64,000 bases of DNA from Eledone cirrhosa (taxonomy: Eukaryota): NCBI GenBank assembly GCA_964016885.1, contig OZ024743.1:258416001-258480000 (forward strand), given 5' to 3'. The position numbers were made by a program, and so were the translations under genes. Positions 1 through 17,400 of the stretch are shown in pieces. The notes under the pieces were generated by a model. That model worked only from the letters and a program-made list of their open reading frames with translations. It was not told the DNA's origin and did no database searches. Position 1 is the stretch's first letter. Each line of letters starts with the position of its first letter.

Positions 1-1321
1 CATCACTATTATCATTGTCATCACTATTATCATTGTCATCACTATTACCATTGTCATCACTATTATCATTGTCATCACTATTACCATTGTCATCACTATT
101 ATCATCGTCATGACTATTATTATTGTCATCACTATTACCATTGTCATCACTATTACCATTGTCATCACTATTATCATCGTCATGACTATTACCATTGTCA
201 TCACTATTATCATTGTCATCACTATTACCATTGTCATCACTATTCATCGTCATCACTATTACCATTGTCATCCCTATTACCATTGTCATTACTATTATCA
301 TTGTCATCACTATTATCATCGTCATCACTATTACCATTGTCATCACTATTATCATTGTCATCACTATTACCATTTTCATCACTATTCATTGTCATCACTA
401 TTACCATTGTCATCACTATTACCGTTGTCCTCACTATTACCATTGTCATCACTATTACCATTGTCATCACTATTACCATCGTCATCACTATTATTATTGT
501 CATCACTATTACCATTGTCATCACTATTACCATTGTCATCACTATTACCATTGTCATCACTATTATCATTGTCATCACTATTACAATTGTGATCACTATT
601 ACCATTGTCATCACTATTATCATTGTCATCACTATTATCATTGTCATCACTATTACCATTGTCATCACTATTACCATTGTCATCACTATTATCATTGTCA
701 TCACTATTACCATTGTCATCACTATTCATTGTCATCACTATTACCATTGTCATCACTATTACCATTGTCATCACTATTCATTGTCATCACTATTACCATT
801 GTCATCACTATTCATCGTCATCACTATTACCATTGTCATCCCTATTACCATTGTCATTACTATTATCATTGTCATCACTATTATCATCGTCATCACTATT
901 ACCATTGTCATCACTATTATCATTGTCATCACTATTACCATTTTCATCACTATTCATTGTCATCACTATTACCATTGTCATCACTATTACCATTGTCATC
1001 ACTATTACCATTGTCATCACTATTACCATTGTCATCACTATTATCATCGTCATCACTATTATCATTGTCATCACTATTACCATTGTCATCACTATTACCA
1101 TTGTCATCACTATTACCATTGTCATCACTATTCATTGTCATCACTATTACCATTGTCATCACTATTACCATTGTCATCACTATTACCATTGTCATCACTA
1201 TTCATTGTCATCACTATTACCATTGTCATCACTATTACCATTGTCATCACTATTACCATTGTCATCACTATTAACATCATCATCACTATTACCATTGTCA
1301 TCACTATTACCATTGGCATCA

Positions 1322-3010
1322 CTATTCATTGTCATCACTATTATCATTGTCATCACTATTACCATTGTCATCACTATTCATTGTCATCACTATTACCATT
1401 GTCATCCCTATTACAATTGTCATCACTATTACCATTGTCATCACTATTATCATTGTCATCACTATTACCATTGTCATCACTATTACCATTGTCATCACTA
1501 TTACAATTGTCATCACTATTACCATTGTCATCACTATTACCATTGTCATCACTATTACCATTGTCATCACTATTATCATTGTCATCACTATTACCATTGT
1601 CATCACTATTACCATCGTTATCACTATTATCATTGTCATCACTATTACCATTGTCATCACTATTACCATTGTCATCACTATTATCATTGTCATCACTATT
1701 ATCATTGTCATCACTATTATCATTGTCATCACTATTATCAACGTCATGACTATTATCATCGTCATCACTATCACCATTGTCATCACTATTACCATTGTCA
1801 TCACTATTATCATTGTCATCACTATTATCATTGTCATCACTATTATCATTGTCATCACTATTACCATTGTCATCACTATTACCATTGTCATCACTAGTAT
1901 CATTGTCATCACTATTACCATCGTCATCACTATTATCATTGTCATCACTATTATCATTGTCATCACTATTACCATTGTCATCACTATTATCATTGTCATC
2001 ACTATTATCATTGGCATCACTATTATCATTGTCATCACTATTACCATTGTCATCACTATTATCATTGTCATCACTATTACCATTGTCATCACTATTATCA
2101 TTGTCATCACTATTATCATTGTCATCACCATTACCATTGTCATCACTATTATCATTGTCATCACTATTATCATTGTCATCACTATTACCATTGTCATCAC
2201 TATTATCATTGTCATCACTATTACCATCGTCATCACTATTATCATTGTCATCACTATTTCCATTGTCATCACTATTATCATCGTCATGACTATTACCATT
2301 GTCATCACTATTATCATTGTCATCACTATTACCATTGTCATCACTATTATCATCGTCATGGCTATTACCATTGTCATCACTATTATCATCGTCATGACTA
2401 TTACCATTGTCATCACTATTATCATTGTCATCACTATTACCATTGTCATCACTATTACCATTGTCATCACTATTACCATTGTCATCACTATTATCATCGT
2501 CATGACTATTACCATTGTCATCACTAATACCATCGTCATCACTATTACCATTGTCATCACTATTATCATCGTCATCACTATTACCATTGTCATCACTATT
2601 ACCATTGTCATCACTATTATCATCGTCATCACTATTATCATTGTCATCACTACTACCATTGTCATCACTATTACCATTGTCATCACTATTATCATCGTCA
2701 TGACTATTATCATTGTCATGACTATTACCATTGTCATCACTAGTATCATTGTCATCACTATTACCATCGTCATCACTATTATCATTGTCATCACTATTAT
2801 CATTGTCATCACTATTACCATTGTCATCACTATTATCATTGTCATCACTATTACCATTGTCATCACTATTATCATCGTCATGACTATTATTATTGTCATC
2901 ACTATTACCATTGTCATCACTATTACCATTGTCATCACTATTATCATCGTCATGACTATTACCATTGTCATCACTATTATCATTGTCATCACTATTACCA
3001 TTGTCATCAC
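1322..3010. repeat. Higher-order block A (~1.5-1.7 kb), first of 5 full copies; others at 8876-10510, 11558-13246, 18247-19755 and 20803-22487, plus a tail at 1-240
   Basis: Same ordered marker series in each copy (ATCGTTATC, TCAACGTCATGAC, ATCACCATT, ACTAGT, ATTGGC, TTTCC, CATGGCT, CTAATAC, ACTAGT, TATTATTG). Near-identical pseudo-ORF translations at these coordinates; lengths differ mostly by whole monomers. Confidence 0.9.
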
Positions 3011-3929
3011 TATTCATCGTCATCACTATTACCATTGTCATCCCTATTACCATTGTCATTACTATTATCATTGTCATCACTATTATCATCGTCATCACTA
3101 TTACCATTGTCATCACTATTATCATTGTCATCACTATTACCATTTTCATCACTATTCATTGTCATCACTATTACCATTGTCATCACTATTACCGTTGTCC
3201 TCACTATTACCATTGTCATCACTATTACCATTGTCATCACTATTACCATCGTCATCACTATTATTATTGTCATCACTATTACCATTGTCATCACTATTAC
3301 CATTGTCATCACTATTACCATTGTCATCACTATTATCATTGTCATCACTATTACAATTGTGATCACTATTACCATTGTCATCACTATTATCATTGTAATC
3401 ACTATTATCATTGTCATCACTATTACCATTGTCATCACTATTACCATTGTCATCACTATTATCATTGTCATCACTATTACCATTGTCATCACTATTCATC
3501 GTCATCACTATTACCATTGTCATCACTATTACCATTGTCATCACTATTCATTGTCATCACTATTACCATTGTCATCCCTATTACCATTGTCATTACTATT
3601 ATCATTGTCATCACTATTATCATCGTCATCACTATTACCATTGTCATCACTATTATCATTGTCATCACTATTACCATTTTCATCACTATTCATTGTCATC
3701 ACTATTACCATTGTCATCACTATTACCATTGTCATCACTATTACCATTGTCATCACTATTACCATTGTCATCACTATTACTATCGTCATCACTATTATCA
3801 TTGTCATCACTATTACCATTGTCATCACTATTACCATTGTCATCACTATTACCATTGTCATCACTATTATCATTGTCATCACTATTACAATTGTGATCAC
3901 TATCACTATTATCATTGTCATCACTATTA

Positions 3930-6900
3930 ACATCGTCATCACTATTATCATTGTCATCAGTATTATCATCGTCATCCCTATTACCATTGTCATCACTATT
4001 ACCATCGTCATCACTATTACCATCGTCATCACTATTATCATTGTCATCACTATTATCATCGTCATCCCTATTACCATTGTCATCACTATTACCATTGTCA
4101 TCCCTATTACCATTGTCATCACTATTACCATTGTCATCACTATTACCATCGTCATCTCTATTATCATTGTCATCACTATTGCCATTGTCATCACTATTAC
4201 CATTGTCATCACTATTACCATTGTCATCACTATTACCATTGTCATCACTATTATCATTGTCATCACTATTACCATTGTCATCACTATTCATTGTCATCAC
4301 TATTACCATTGTCATCCCTATTACAATTGTCATCACTATTACCATCGTCATCACTATTATCATTGTCATCACTATTACCATTGTCATCACTATTACCATT
4401 GTCATCACTATTACCATGGTCATCACTATTATCATTGTCATCACTATTACCATGGTCATCACTATTATCATTGTCATCACTATTACCATTGTCATCACTA
4501 TTAACATCGTCATCACTATTACCATCGTCATCACTATTACCATTGTCATCACTATTATCATTGTCATCACTATTACCATTGTCATCACTATTCATTGTCA
4601 TCACTATTACCATTGTCATCCCTATTACAATTGTCATCACTATTACCATCGTCATCACTATTATCATTGTCATCACTATTACCATTGTCATCATTATTAC
4701 CATTGTCATCACTATTACCATTGTCATCACTATTACCATCGTCATCACTATTATCATTGTCATCACTATTACCATTGTCATCACTATTACCATTGTCATC
4801 ACTATTACCATTGTCATCACTATTACCATCGTCATCACTATTATCATTGTCATCACTATTACCATTGTCATCACTATTACCATTGTCATCACTATTACCA
4901 TTGTCATCACTATTATCATTGTCATCACCATTATCATTGTCATGACTATTATCATCGTCATCACTATTACCATTGTCATCACTATTACCATTGTCATCAC
5001 TATTATCATTGTCATCACTATTATCATTGTCATCACTATTATCATTGTCATCACTATTATCATTGTCATCACTATTACAATTGTGATCAATATTACCATT
5101 GTCATCACTATTATCATTGTCATCACTATTATCATTGTCATCACTATTATCATTGTCATCACTATTATCATTGTCATCACTATTACCATTGTCATCACTA
5201 TTACCATCGTCATCATTATTATCATTGTCATCACTATTACCATTGTCATCACTATTACCATCGCCATCACTATTACCATTGTCATCACTATTACCATTGT
5301 CATCACTATTACCATTGTCATCACTATTATCATTGTCATCACTATTACCATCGCCATCACTATTACCATTGTCATCACTATTACCATTGTCATCACTATT
5401 ACCATTGTCATCACTATTATCATCGTCATCACTATTATCATTGTCATCACTATTACCATTGTCATCACTATTATCATCGTCATCACTATTATCATTGTCA
5501 TCACTATTACCATTGATATCACTATTATCATTGTCATCACTATTACCATTGTCATCACTATTATCATCGTCATGACTATTACCATTGTCATCACTATTAC
5601 CATTGTCATCACTATTACCATTGTCATCACTATTACCATTGTCATCACTATTACCATTGTCATCACTATTATCATTGTCATCACTATTACCATTGTCATC
5701 ACTATTACCATCGTCATCACTATTATCATTGTCATCACTATTACCATTGTCATCACTATTACCATTGTCATCACTATTATCATTGTCATCACTATTATCA
5801 TTGTCATCACTATTATCATTGTCATCACTATTATCAACGTCATGACTATTATCATCGTCATCACTATCACCATTGTCATCACTATTACCATTGTCATCAC
5901 TATTATCATTGTCATCACTATTATCATTGTCATCACTATTATCATTGTCATCACTATTACCATCGTCATCACTATTATCATTGTCATCACTATTACCATT
6001 GTCATCACTATTATCATTGTCATCACTATTATCATTGTCATCACTATTACCATTGTCATCACTATTATCATCGTCATCACTATTACCATTGTCATCACTA
6101 TTACCATCGTCATCACTATTATCTTTGTCATCACTATTATCATTGTCATCACTCTTATCATTGTCATCACTATTACCATTGTCATCACTATTACCATTGC
6201 CATGACTAGTATCATTGTCATCACTATTACCATCGTCATCACTATTATCATTGTCATCACTATTATCATCGTCATCCCTATTACCATTGTCATCACTATT
6301 ACCATCGTCATCTCTATTATCATTGTCATCACTATTGCCATTGTCATCACTATTATCATTGTCATCACTATTGCCATTGTCATCACTATTATCATTGTCA
6401 TCACTATTATCATTGTCATTACTATTAACATCGTCATCACTATTATCATTGTCATCACTATTATCATTGTCATCACTATTATCATTGTCATCACTATTAT
6501 CATTGTCATCACTATTACCATCGTCATCACTATTATCATTGTCATCACTATTATCATCGTCATCCCTATTACCATTGTCATCACTATTACCATCGTCATC
6601 ACTATTACCATTGTCATCCCTATTACCATTGTCATCACTATTACCATTGTCATCACTATTACCATTGTCATCACTATTACCATCGTCATCTCTATTATCA
6701 TTGTCATCACTATTGCCATTGTCATCACTATTACCATTGTCATCACTATTACCATTGTCATCACTATTACCATTGTCATCACTATTATCATTGTCATCAC
6801 TATTACCATTGTCATCACTATTCATTGTCATCACTATTACCATTGTCATCCCTATTACAATTGTCATCACTATTACCATCGTCATCACTATTATCATTGT

Positions 6901-8470
6901 CATCACTATTACCATTGTCATCACTATTACCATTGTCATCCCTATTACAATTGTCATCACTATTACCATCGTCATCTCTATTATCATTGTCATCACTATT
7001 ACCATCGTCATCTCTATTATCATTGTCATCACTATTGCCATTGTCATCACTATTACCATTGTCATCACTATTACCATTGTCATCACTATTACCATTGTCA
7101 TCACTATTATCATTGTCATCACTATTACCATTGTCATCACTATTCATTGTCATCACTATTACCATTGTCATCCCTATTACAATTGTCATCACTATTACCA
7201 TCGTCATCACTATTACCATCGTCATCACTATTATCATTGTCATCACTATTGCCATTGTCATCACTATTACCATTGTCATCACTATTACCATTGTCATCAC
7301 TATTACCATTGTCATCACTATTATCATTGTCATCACTATTACCATTGTCATCACTATTCATGGTCATCACTATTACCATTGTCATCCCTATTACAATTGT
7401 CATCACTATTACCATGGTCATCCCTATTATCATTGTCATCACTATTACCATGGTCATCACTATTATCATTGTCATCAGTATTACCATTGTCATCACTATT
7501 AACATCGTCATCACTATTACCATCGTCATCACTATTACCATTGTCATCACTATTATCATTGTCATCACTATTACCATTGTCATCACTATTCATTGTCATC
7601 ACTATTACCATTGTCATCCCTATTACAATTGTCATCACTATTACCATCGTCATCACTATTATCATTGTCATCACTATTACCATTGTCATCATTATTACCA
7701 TTGTCATCACTATTACCATTGTCATCACTATTACCATCGTCATCACTATTATCATTGTCATCACTATTACCATTGTCATCACTATTACCATTGTCATCAC
7801 TATTACCATTGTCATCACTATTACCATCGTCATCACTATTATCATTGTCATCACTATTACCATTGTCATCACTATTACCATTGTCATCACTATTACCATT
7901 GTCATCACTATTATCATTGTCATCACTATTATCATTGTCATGACTATTATCATCGTCATCACTATTACCATTGTCATCACTATTATCATTGTCATCACTA
8001 TTATCATTGTCATCACTATTATCATTGTCATCACTATTACAATTGTGATCAATATTACCATTGTCATCACTATTATCATTGTCATCACTATTATCATTGT
8101 CATCACTATTATCATTGTCATCACTATTATCATTGTCATCACTATTACCATTGTCATCACTATTACCATCGTCATCATTATTATCATTGTCATCACTATT
8201 ACCATTGTCATCACTATTACCATTGTCATCACTATTATCATCGTCATGACTAATACCATTGTCATCACTATTATCATTGTCATCACTATTACCATCGCCA
8301 TCACTATTACCATTGTCATCACTATTACCATTGTCATCACTATTACCATTGTCATCACTATTATCATCGTCATCACTATTATCATTGTCATCACTATTAC
8401 CATTGTCATCACTATTATCATCGTCATCACTATTATCATTGTCATCACTATTACCATTGATATCACTATT
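3930..8470. repeat. ~3.0-kb sub-unit with internal 0.2-0.4-kb re-duplications
   Basis: 4588-5520 matches 7586-8465 (offset 2998 at start; a third copy at 16975-17836). The CATCTCTATT...ATTGCCATT motif recurs at ~4155, 6310, 6690 and 7010. CATGGTC variants occur at 4415-4455 and 7360-7450. Confidence 0.8.
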
Positions 8471-11400
8471 ACCATTGTCATCACTATTACCATTGTCATC
8501 ACTATTATCATCGTCATCACTATTACCATTGTCATCACTATTATCATTGTCATCACTATTACCATCGTCATTACTATTACCATTGTCATCACTATTATCA
8601 TCGTCATCACTATTATCATTGTCATCACTATTACCATTGTCATCACTATTACCATTGTCATCACTATTACCATTGTCATCACTATTCATTGTCATCACTA
8701 TTACCATTGTCATCACTATTACCATTGTCATCACTATTACCATTGTCATCACTATTCATTGTCATCACTATTACCATTGTCATCACTATTACCATTGTCA
8801 TCACTATTACCATTGTCATCACTATTAACATCATCATCACTATTACCATCGTCATCACTATTACCATTGGCATCACTATTCATTGTCATCACTATTATCA
8901 TTGTCATCACTATTACCATTGTCATCACTATTCATTGTCATCACTATTACCATTGTCATCCCTATTACAATTGTCATCACTATTACCATTGTCATCACTA
9001 TTATCATTGTCATCACTATTACCATTGTCATCACTATTACCATTGTCATCACTATTACAATTGTCATCACTATTATCATTGTCATCACTATTACCATTGT
9101 CATCACTATTACCATCGTTATCACTATTATCATTGTCATCACTATTACCATTGTCATCACCATTACCATTGTCATCACTATTATCATTGTCATCACTATT
9201 ATCATTGTCATCACTATTATCATTGTCATCACTATTATCAACGTCATGACTATTATCATCGTCATCACTATCACCATTGTCATCACTATTACCATTGTCA
9301 TCACTATTATCATTGTCATCACTATTATCATTGTCATCACTATTATCATTGTCATCACTATTACCATTGTCATCACTATTACCATTGTCATCACTAGTAT
9401 CATTGTCATCACTATTACCATCGTCATCACTATTATCATTGTCATCACTATTATCATTGTCATCACTATTACCATTGTCATCACTATTATCATTGTCATC
9501 ACTATTATCATTGGCATCACTATTATCATTGTCATCACTATTACCATTGTCATCACTATTATCATTGTCATCACTATTACCATTGTCATCACTATTATCA
9601 TTGTCATCACTATTATCATTGTCATCACCATTACCATTGTCATCACTATTATCATTGTCATCACTATTATCATTGTCATCACTATTACCATTGTCATCAC
9701 TATTATCATTGTCATCACTATTACCATCGTCATCACTATTATCATTGTCATCACTATTTCCATTGTCATCACTATTATCATCGTCATGACTATTACCATT
9801 GTCATCACTATTATCATTGTCATCACTATTACCATTGTCATCACTATTATCATCGTCATGGCTATTACCATTGTCATCACTATTATCATCGTCATGACTA
9901 TTACCATTGTCATCACTATTATCATTGTCATCACTATTACCATTGTCATCACTATTACCATTGTCATCACTATTACCATTGTCATCACTATTATCATCGT
10001 CATGACTATTACCATTGTCATCACTAATACCATCGTCATCACTATTACCATTGTCATCACTATTATCATCGTCATCACTATTACCATTGTCATCACTATT
10101 ACCATTGTCATCACTATTATCATCGTCATCACTATTATCATTGTCATCACTACTACCATTGTCATCACTATTACCATTGTCATCACTATTATCATCGTCA
10201 TGACTATTATCATTGTCATGACTATTACCATTGTCATCACTAGTATCATTGTCATCACTATTACCATCGTCATCACTATTATCATTGTCATCACTATTAT
10301 CATTGTCATCACTATTACCATTGTCATCACTATTATCATTGTCATCACTATTACCATTGTCATCACTATTATCATCGTCATGACTATTATTATTGTCATC
10401 ACTATTACCATTGTCATCACTATTACCATTGTCATCACTATTATCATCGTCATGACTATTACCATTGTCATCACTATTATCATTGTCATCACTATTACCA
10501 TTGTCATCACTATTCATCGTCATCACTATTACCATTGTCATCCCTATTACCATTGTCATTACTATTATCATTGTCATCACTATTATCATCGTCATCACTA
10601 TTACCATTGTCATCACTATTATCATTGTCATCACTATTACCATTTTCATCACTATTCATTGTCATCACTATTACCATTGTCATCACTATTACCGTTGTCC
10701 TCACTATTACCATTGTCATCACTATTACCATTGTCATCACTATTACCATCGTCATCACTATTATTATTGTCATCACTATTACCATTGTCATCACTATTAC
10801 CATTGTCATCACTATTACCATTGTCATCACTATTATCATTGTCATCACTATTACAATTGTGATCACTATTACCATTGTCATCACTATTATCATTGTCATC
10901 ACTATTATCATTGTCATCACTATTACCATTGTCATCACTATTACCATTGTCATCACTATTATCATTGTCATCACTATTACCATTGTCATCACTATTCATC
11001 GTCATCACTATTACCATTGTCATCACTATTACCATTGTCATCACTATTCATTGTCATCACTATTACCATTGTCATCCCTATTACCATTGTCATTACTATT
11101 ATCATTGTCATCACTATTATCATCGTCATCACTATTACCATTGTCATCACTATTATCATTGTCATCACTATTACCATTTTCATCACTATTCATTGTCATC
11201 ACTATTACCATTGTCATCACTATTACCATTGTCATCACTATTACCATTGTCATCACTATTACCATTGTCATCACTATTATCATCGTCATCACTATTATCA
11301 TTGTCATCACTATTACCATTGTCATCACTATTACCATTGTCATCACTATTACCATTGTCATCACTATTCATTGTCATCACTATTACCATTGTCATCACTA

Positions 11401-14400
11401 TTACCATTGTCATCACTATTACCATTGTCATCACTATTCATTGTCATCACTATTACCATTGTCATCACTATTACCATTGTCATCACTATTACCATTGTCA
11501 TCACTATTAACATCATCATCACTATTACCATTGTCATCACTATTACCATTGGCATCACTATTCATTGTCATCACTATTATCATTGTCATCACTATTACCA
11601 TTGTCATCACTATTCATTGTCATCACTATTACCATTGTCATCCCTATTACAATTGTCATCACTATTACCATTGTCATCACTATTATCATTGTCATCACTA
11701 TTACCATTGTCATCACTATTACCATTGTCATCACTATTACAATTGTCATCACTATTACCATTGTCATCACTATTACCATTGTCATCACTATTACCATTGT
11801 CATCACTATTATCATTGTCATCACTATTACCATTGTCATCACTATTACCATCGTTATCACTATTATCATTGTCATCACTATTACCATTGTCATCACTATT
11901 ACCATTGTCATCACTATTATCATTGTCATCACTATTATCATTGTCATCACTATTATCATTGTCATCACTATTATCAACGTCATGACTATTATCATCGTCA
12001 TCACTATCACCATTGTCATCACTATTACCATTGTCATCACTATTATCATTGTCATCACTATTATCATTGTCATCACTATTATCATTGTCATCACTATTAC
12101 CATTGTCATCACTATTACCATTGTCATCACTAGTATCATTGTCATCACTATTACCATCGTCATCACTATTATCATTGTCATCACTATTATCATTGTCATC
12201 ACTATTACCATTGTCATCACTATTATCATTGTCATCACTATTATCATTGGCATCACTATTATCATTGTCATCACTATTACCATTATCATCACTATTATCA
12301 TTGTCATCACTATTACCATTGTCATCACTATTATCATTGTCATCACTATTATCATTGTCATCACCATTACCATTGTCATCACTATTATCATTGTCATCAC
12401 TATTATCATTGTCATCACTATTACCATTGTCATCACTATTATCATTGTCATCACTATTACCATCGTCATCACTATTATCATTGTCATCACTATTTCCATT
12501 GTCATCACTATTATCATCGTCATGACTATTACCATTGTCATCACTATTATCATTGTCATCACTATTACCATTGTCATCACTATTATCATCGTCATGGCTA
12601 TTACCATTGCCATCACTATTATCATCGTCATGACTATTACCATTGTCATCACTATTATCATTGTCATCACTATTACCATTGTCATCACTATTACCATTGT
12701 CATCACTATTACCATTGTCATCACTATTATCATCGTCATGACTATTACCATTGTCATCACTAATACCATCGTCATCACTATTACCATTGTCATCACTATT
12801 ATCATCGTCATCACTATTACCATTGTCATCACTATTACCATTGTCATCACTATTATCATCGTCATCACTATTATCATTGTCATCACTACTACCATTGTCA
12901 TCACTATTACCATTGTCATCACTATTATCATCGTCATGACTATTATCATTGTCATGACTATTACCATTGTCATCACTAGTATCATTGTCATCACTATTAC
13001 CATCGTCATCACTATTATCATTGTCATCACTATTATCATTGTCATCACTATTACCATTGTCATCACTATTATCATTGTCATCACTATTACCATTGTCATC
13101 ACTATTATCATCGTCATGACTATTATTATTGTCATCACTATTACCATTGTCATCACTATTACCATTGTCATCACTATTATCATCGTCATGACTATTACCA
13201 TTGTCATCACTATTATCATTGTCATCACTATTACCATTGTCATCACTATTCATCGTCATCACTATTACCATTGTCATCCCTATTACCAATGTCATTACTA
13301 TTATCATTGTCATCACTATTATCATCGTCATCACTATTACCATTGTCATCACTATTATCATTGTCATCACTATTACCATTTTCATCACTATTCATTGTCA
13401 TCACTATTACCATTGTCATCACTATTACCGTTGTCCTCACTATTACCATTGTCATCACTATTACCATTGTCATCACTATTACCATCGTCATCACTATTAT
13501 TATTGTCATCACTATTACCATTGTCATCACTATTACCATTGTCATCACTATTACCATTGTCATCACTATTATCATTGTCATCACTATTACAATTGTGATC
13601 ACTATTACCATTGTCATCACTATTGTCATTGTCATCACTATTATCATTGTCATCACTATTACCATTGTCATCACTATTACCATTGTCATCACTATTATCA
13701 TTGTCATCACTATTACCATTGTCATCACTATTCATCGTCATCACTATTACCATTGTCATCACTATTACCATTGTCATCACTATTCATTGTCATCACTATT
13801 ACCATTGTCATCCCTATTACCATTGTCATTACTATTATCATTGTCATCACTATTATCATCGTCATCACTATTACCATTGTCATCACTATTATCATTGTCA
13901 TCACTATTACCATTTTCATCACTATTCATTGTCATCACTATTACCATTGTCATCACTATTACCATTGTCATCACTATTACCATTGTCATCACTATTACCA
14001 TTGTCATCACTATTACTATCGTCATCACTATTATCATTGTCATCACTATTACCATTGTCATCACTATTACCATTGTCATCACTATTACCATTGTCATCAC
14101 TATTATCATTGTCATCACTATTACAATTGTGATCACTATCACTATTATCATTGTCATCACTATTATCATTGTCATCACTATTACCATTGTCATCACTATT
14201 ACCATTGTCATCACTATTATCATTGTCATCACTATTATCATTGTCATCACTATTATCATTGTCATCACTATTATCATTGTCATCACTATTATCAACGTCA
14301 TGACTATTATCATCGTCATCACTATTACCATTGTCATCAATATTACCATTGTCATCACTATTATCATTGTCAACACTATTATCATTGTCATCACTATTAT

Positions 14401-17400
14401 CATTGTCATCACTATTACCATTGTCATCACTATTATCATTGTCATCACTATTACAATTGTGATCACTATTACCATTGTCATCACTATTATCATTGTCATC
14501 ACTATTATCATTGTCATCACTATTACCATTGTCATCACTATTACCATTGTCATCACTATTACCATCGTCATCACTATTATCATTGTCATCACTATTATCA
14601 TTGTCATCACAATTCTCATTGTCATCACTATTATCATTGTCATCACTATTACCATTGTCATCACTATTACCATCGTCATCACTATTATCATTGTCATCAC
14701 TATTACCATTGTCATCACTATTATCATTGTCATCACTATTACCATCGTCATCACTATTACCATTGTCATCACTATTACCATTGTCATCACTATTACCATT
14801 GTCATCACTATTACCATCGTCATCACTATTATCATTGTCATCACTATTACCATTGTCATCACTATTACCATTGTCATCACTACCATTGTCAACACTATTA
14901 TCATTGTCATCACTATTACCATCGTCATCACTATTATCATTGTCATCACTATTACCATCGTCATCACTATTCTCATTGTCATCACTATTACCATTGTCAT
15001 CACTATTATCATTGTCATCACTATTATCATTGTCATCACTATTACCATTGTCATCACTATTACCATTGTCATCACTATTACCATCGTCATCACTATTATC
15101 ATTGTCATCACTATTATCATTGTCATCACTATTATCATTGTCATCACTATTATCATTGTCATCACTATTACCATTGTCATCACTATTACCATCGTCATCA
15201 CTATTATCATTGTCATCACTATTACCATTGTCATCACTATTACCATTGTCATCACTATTACCATTGTCATCACTATTACCATCGTCATCACTATTATCAT
15301 TGTCATCACTATTCTCATTGTCATCACTATTATCATTGTCATCACTATTACCATCGTCATCACTATTACCATCGTCATCACTATTACCATCGTCATCACT
15401 ATTATCATTGTCATCACTATTACCATTGTCATCACTATTATCATTGTCATCACTATCATCATTGTCATCACTATTACCATTGTCATCACTATTACCATTG
15501 TCATCACTATTACCATTGTCATCACTATCATCATTGTCATCACTATTACCATCGTCATCACTATTATCATTGTCATCACTATTACCATTGTCATCACTAT
15601 TACCATTGTCATCACTATTACCATTGTCATCACTATTACCATCGTCATCACTATTATCATTGTCATCACTATTACCATCGTCATCACTATTACCATTGTC
15701 ATCACTATTATCATTGTCATCACTATTACCATTGTCATCACTATTACCATTGTCATCACTATTATCATCGTCATCACTATTATCATTGTCATCACTATTA
15801 CCATTGTCATCACTATTACCATTGTCATCACTATTACCATTGTCATCACTATTATCATTGTCATCACTATTACCATTGTCATCACTATTATCATTGTCAT
15901 CACTATTACCATCGTCATCACTATTACCATTGTCATCACTATTTTCATTGTTATCACTATTATCATCGTCATCACTATTATCATTGTCATCACTATTATC
16001 ATCGTCATCACTATTATCATTGTCATCACTATTACCATTGTCATCACTATTACCATTGTCATCACTATTATCATTGTCATCACTATTAACATTGTCATCA
16101 CTATTATCATTGTCATCACTATTACCATTGTCATCACTATTACCATTGTCATCACTATTACCATTGTCATCACTATTCATTGTCATCACTATTACCATTG
16201 TCATCACTATTATCATTGTCATCACTATTATCATCGTCATGACTATTACCATTGTCATCACTATTACCATTGTCATCACTATTACCATTGTCATCACTAT
16301 TATCATTGTCATCACTATTATCATTGTCATCACTAGTATCATTGTCATCACTATTACCATCGTCATCACTATTATCATTGGCATCACTATTATCATTGTC
16401 ATCACTATTATCATTGTCATCACTATTAGCATTGTCTTCACTATTATCATTGTCATCACTATTATCATTGTCATCACTATTATCATTGTCATCACTATTA
16501 TCATTGTCATCACTATTACCATTGTCATCACTATTACCATCGTCATCACTATTATCATTGTCATCACTATTACCATTGTCATCACTATTATCATTGTCAT
16601 CACTATTGTCATTATCACCATTATTACCATTGTCATCACTATTACCATTGTCATCACTATTACCATTGTCATCACTATTCATTGTCATCACTATTACCAT
16701 TGTCATCACTATTATCATTGTCATCACTATTCATTGTCATCACTATTACCATTGTCATCACTATTACCATTGTCATCACTATTAACATCATCATCACTAT
16801 TACGATTGTCATCACTATTACCATTGTCATCACTATTCATTGTCATCACTATTATCATCGTCATCACTATTACCATTGTCATCACTATTATCATCGTCAT
16901 CACTATTACCATTGTCATCACTATTACCATTGTCATCACTATTATCATTGTCATCACTATTACCATTGTCATCACTATTCATTGTCATCACTATTACCAT
17001 TGTCATCCCTATTACAATTGTCATCACTATTACCATCGTCATCACTATTATCATTGTCATCACTATTACCATTGTCATCATTATTACCATTGTCATCACT
17101 ATTACCATTGTCATCACTATTACCATCGTCATCACTATTATCATTGTCATCACTATTACCATTGTCATCACTATTACCATTGTCATCACTATTACCATTG
17201 TCATCACTATTACCATCGTCATCACTATTATCATTGTCATCACTATTACCATTGTCATCACTATTACCATTGTCATCACTATTACCATTGTCATCACTAT
17301 TATCATTGTCATCACTATTATCATTGTCATGACTATTATCATCGTCATCACTATTACCATTGTCATCACTATTATCATTGTCATCACTATTATCATTGTC

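Larger units (their letters stand above)
1..14165. repeat. ~10.24-kb-offset duplication: ~1-3930 matches ~10270-14165
   Basis: Constant offset 10,236 between equivalent landmarks (1322/11558, 1777/12013, 2515/12751, 3010/13246, 3686/13922) and 10,270 for 240/10510. Both copies carry TACTATCGTC and the (CACTAT)2 insertion. Confidence 0.88.

Noticed and set aside
240-1128. 142-bp and 178-bp 16-mer spacings as nucleosome-length units
   Set aside because: All spacings are necessarily 18n+16, and many other values (16, 34, 52, 70, 106, 124, 214) occur, so no specific nucleosome periodicity is supported.
13201-16089. (HCHHYY)n as a His/Cys metal-binding protein; the main C/T site is synonymous (TAC/TAT) in this frame
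   Set aside because: Synonymy follows from YRY structure. The second common site is non-synonymous (Cys/Arg), frameshifts and TAA/TAG variants are tolerated, and there is no credible start context.
13922-16173. (NSDDNG/D)n as an acidic biomineralisation, DSPP-like or adhesin repeat protein; this tract has only in-frame indels (+6, -3)
   Set aside because: The common variants are non-synonymous in this frame, the frame is broken by frequent 16-mers elsewhere, there is no flanking non-repeat exon in 64 kb, and two 3n indels are expected from triplet slippage.
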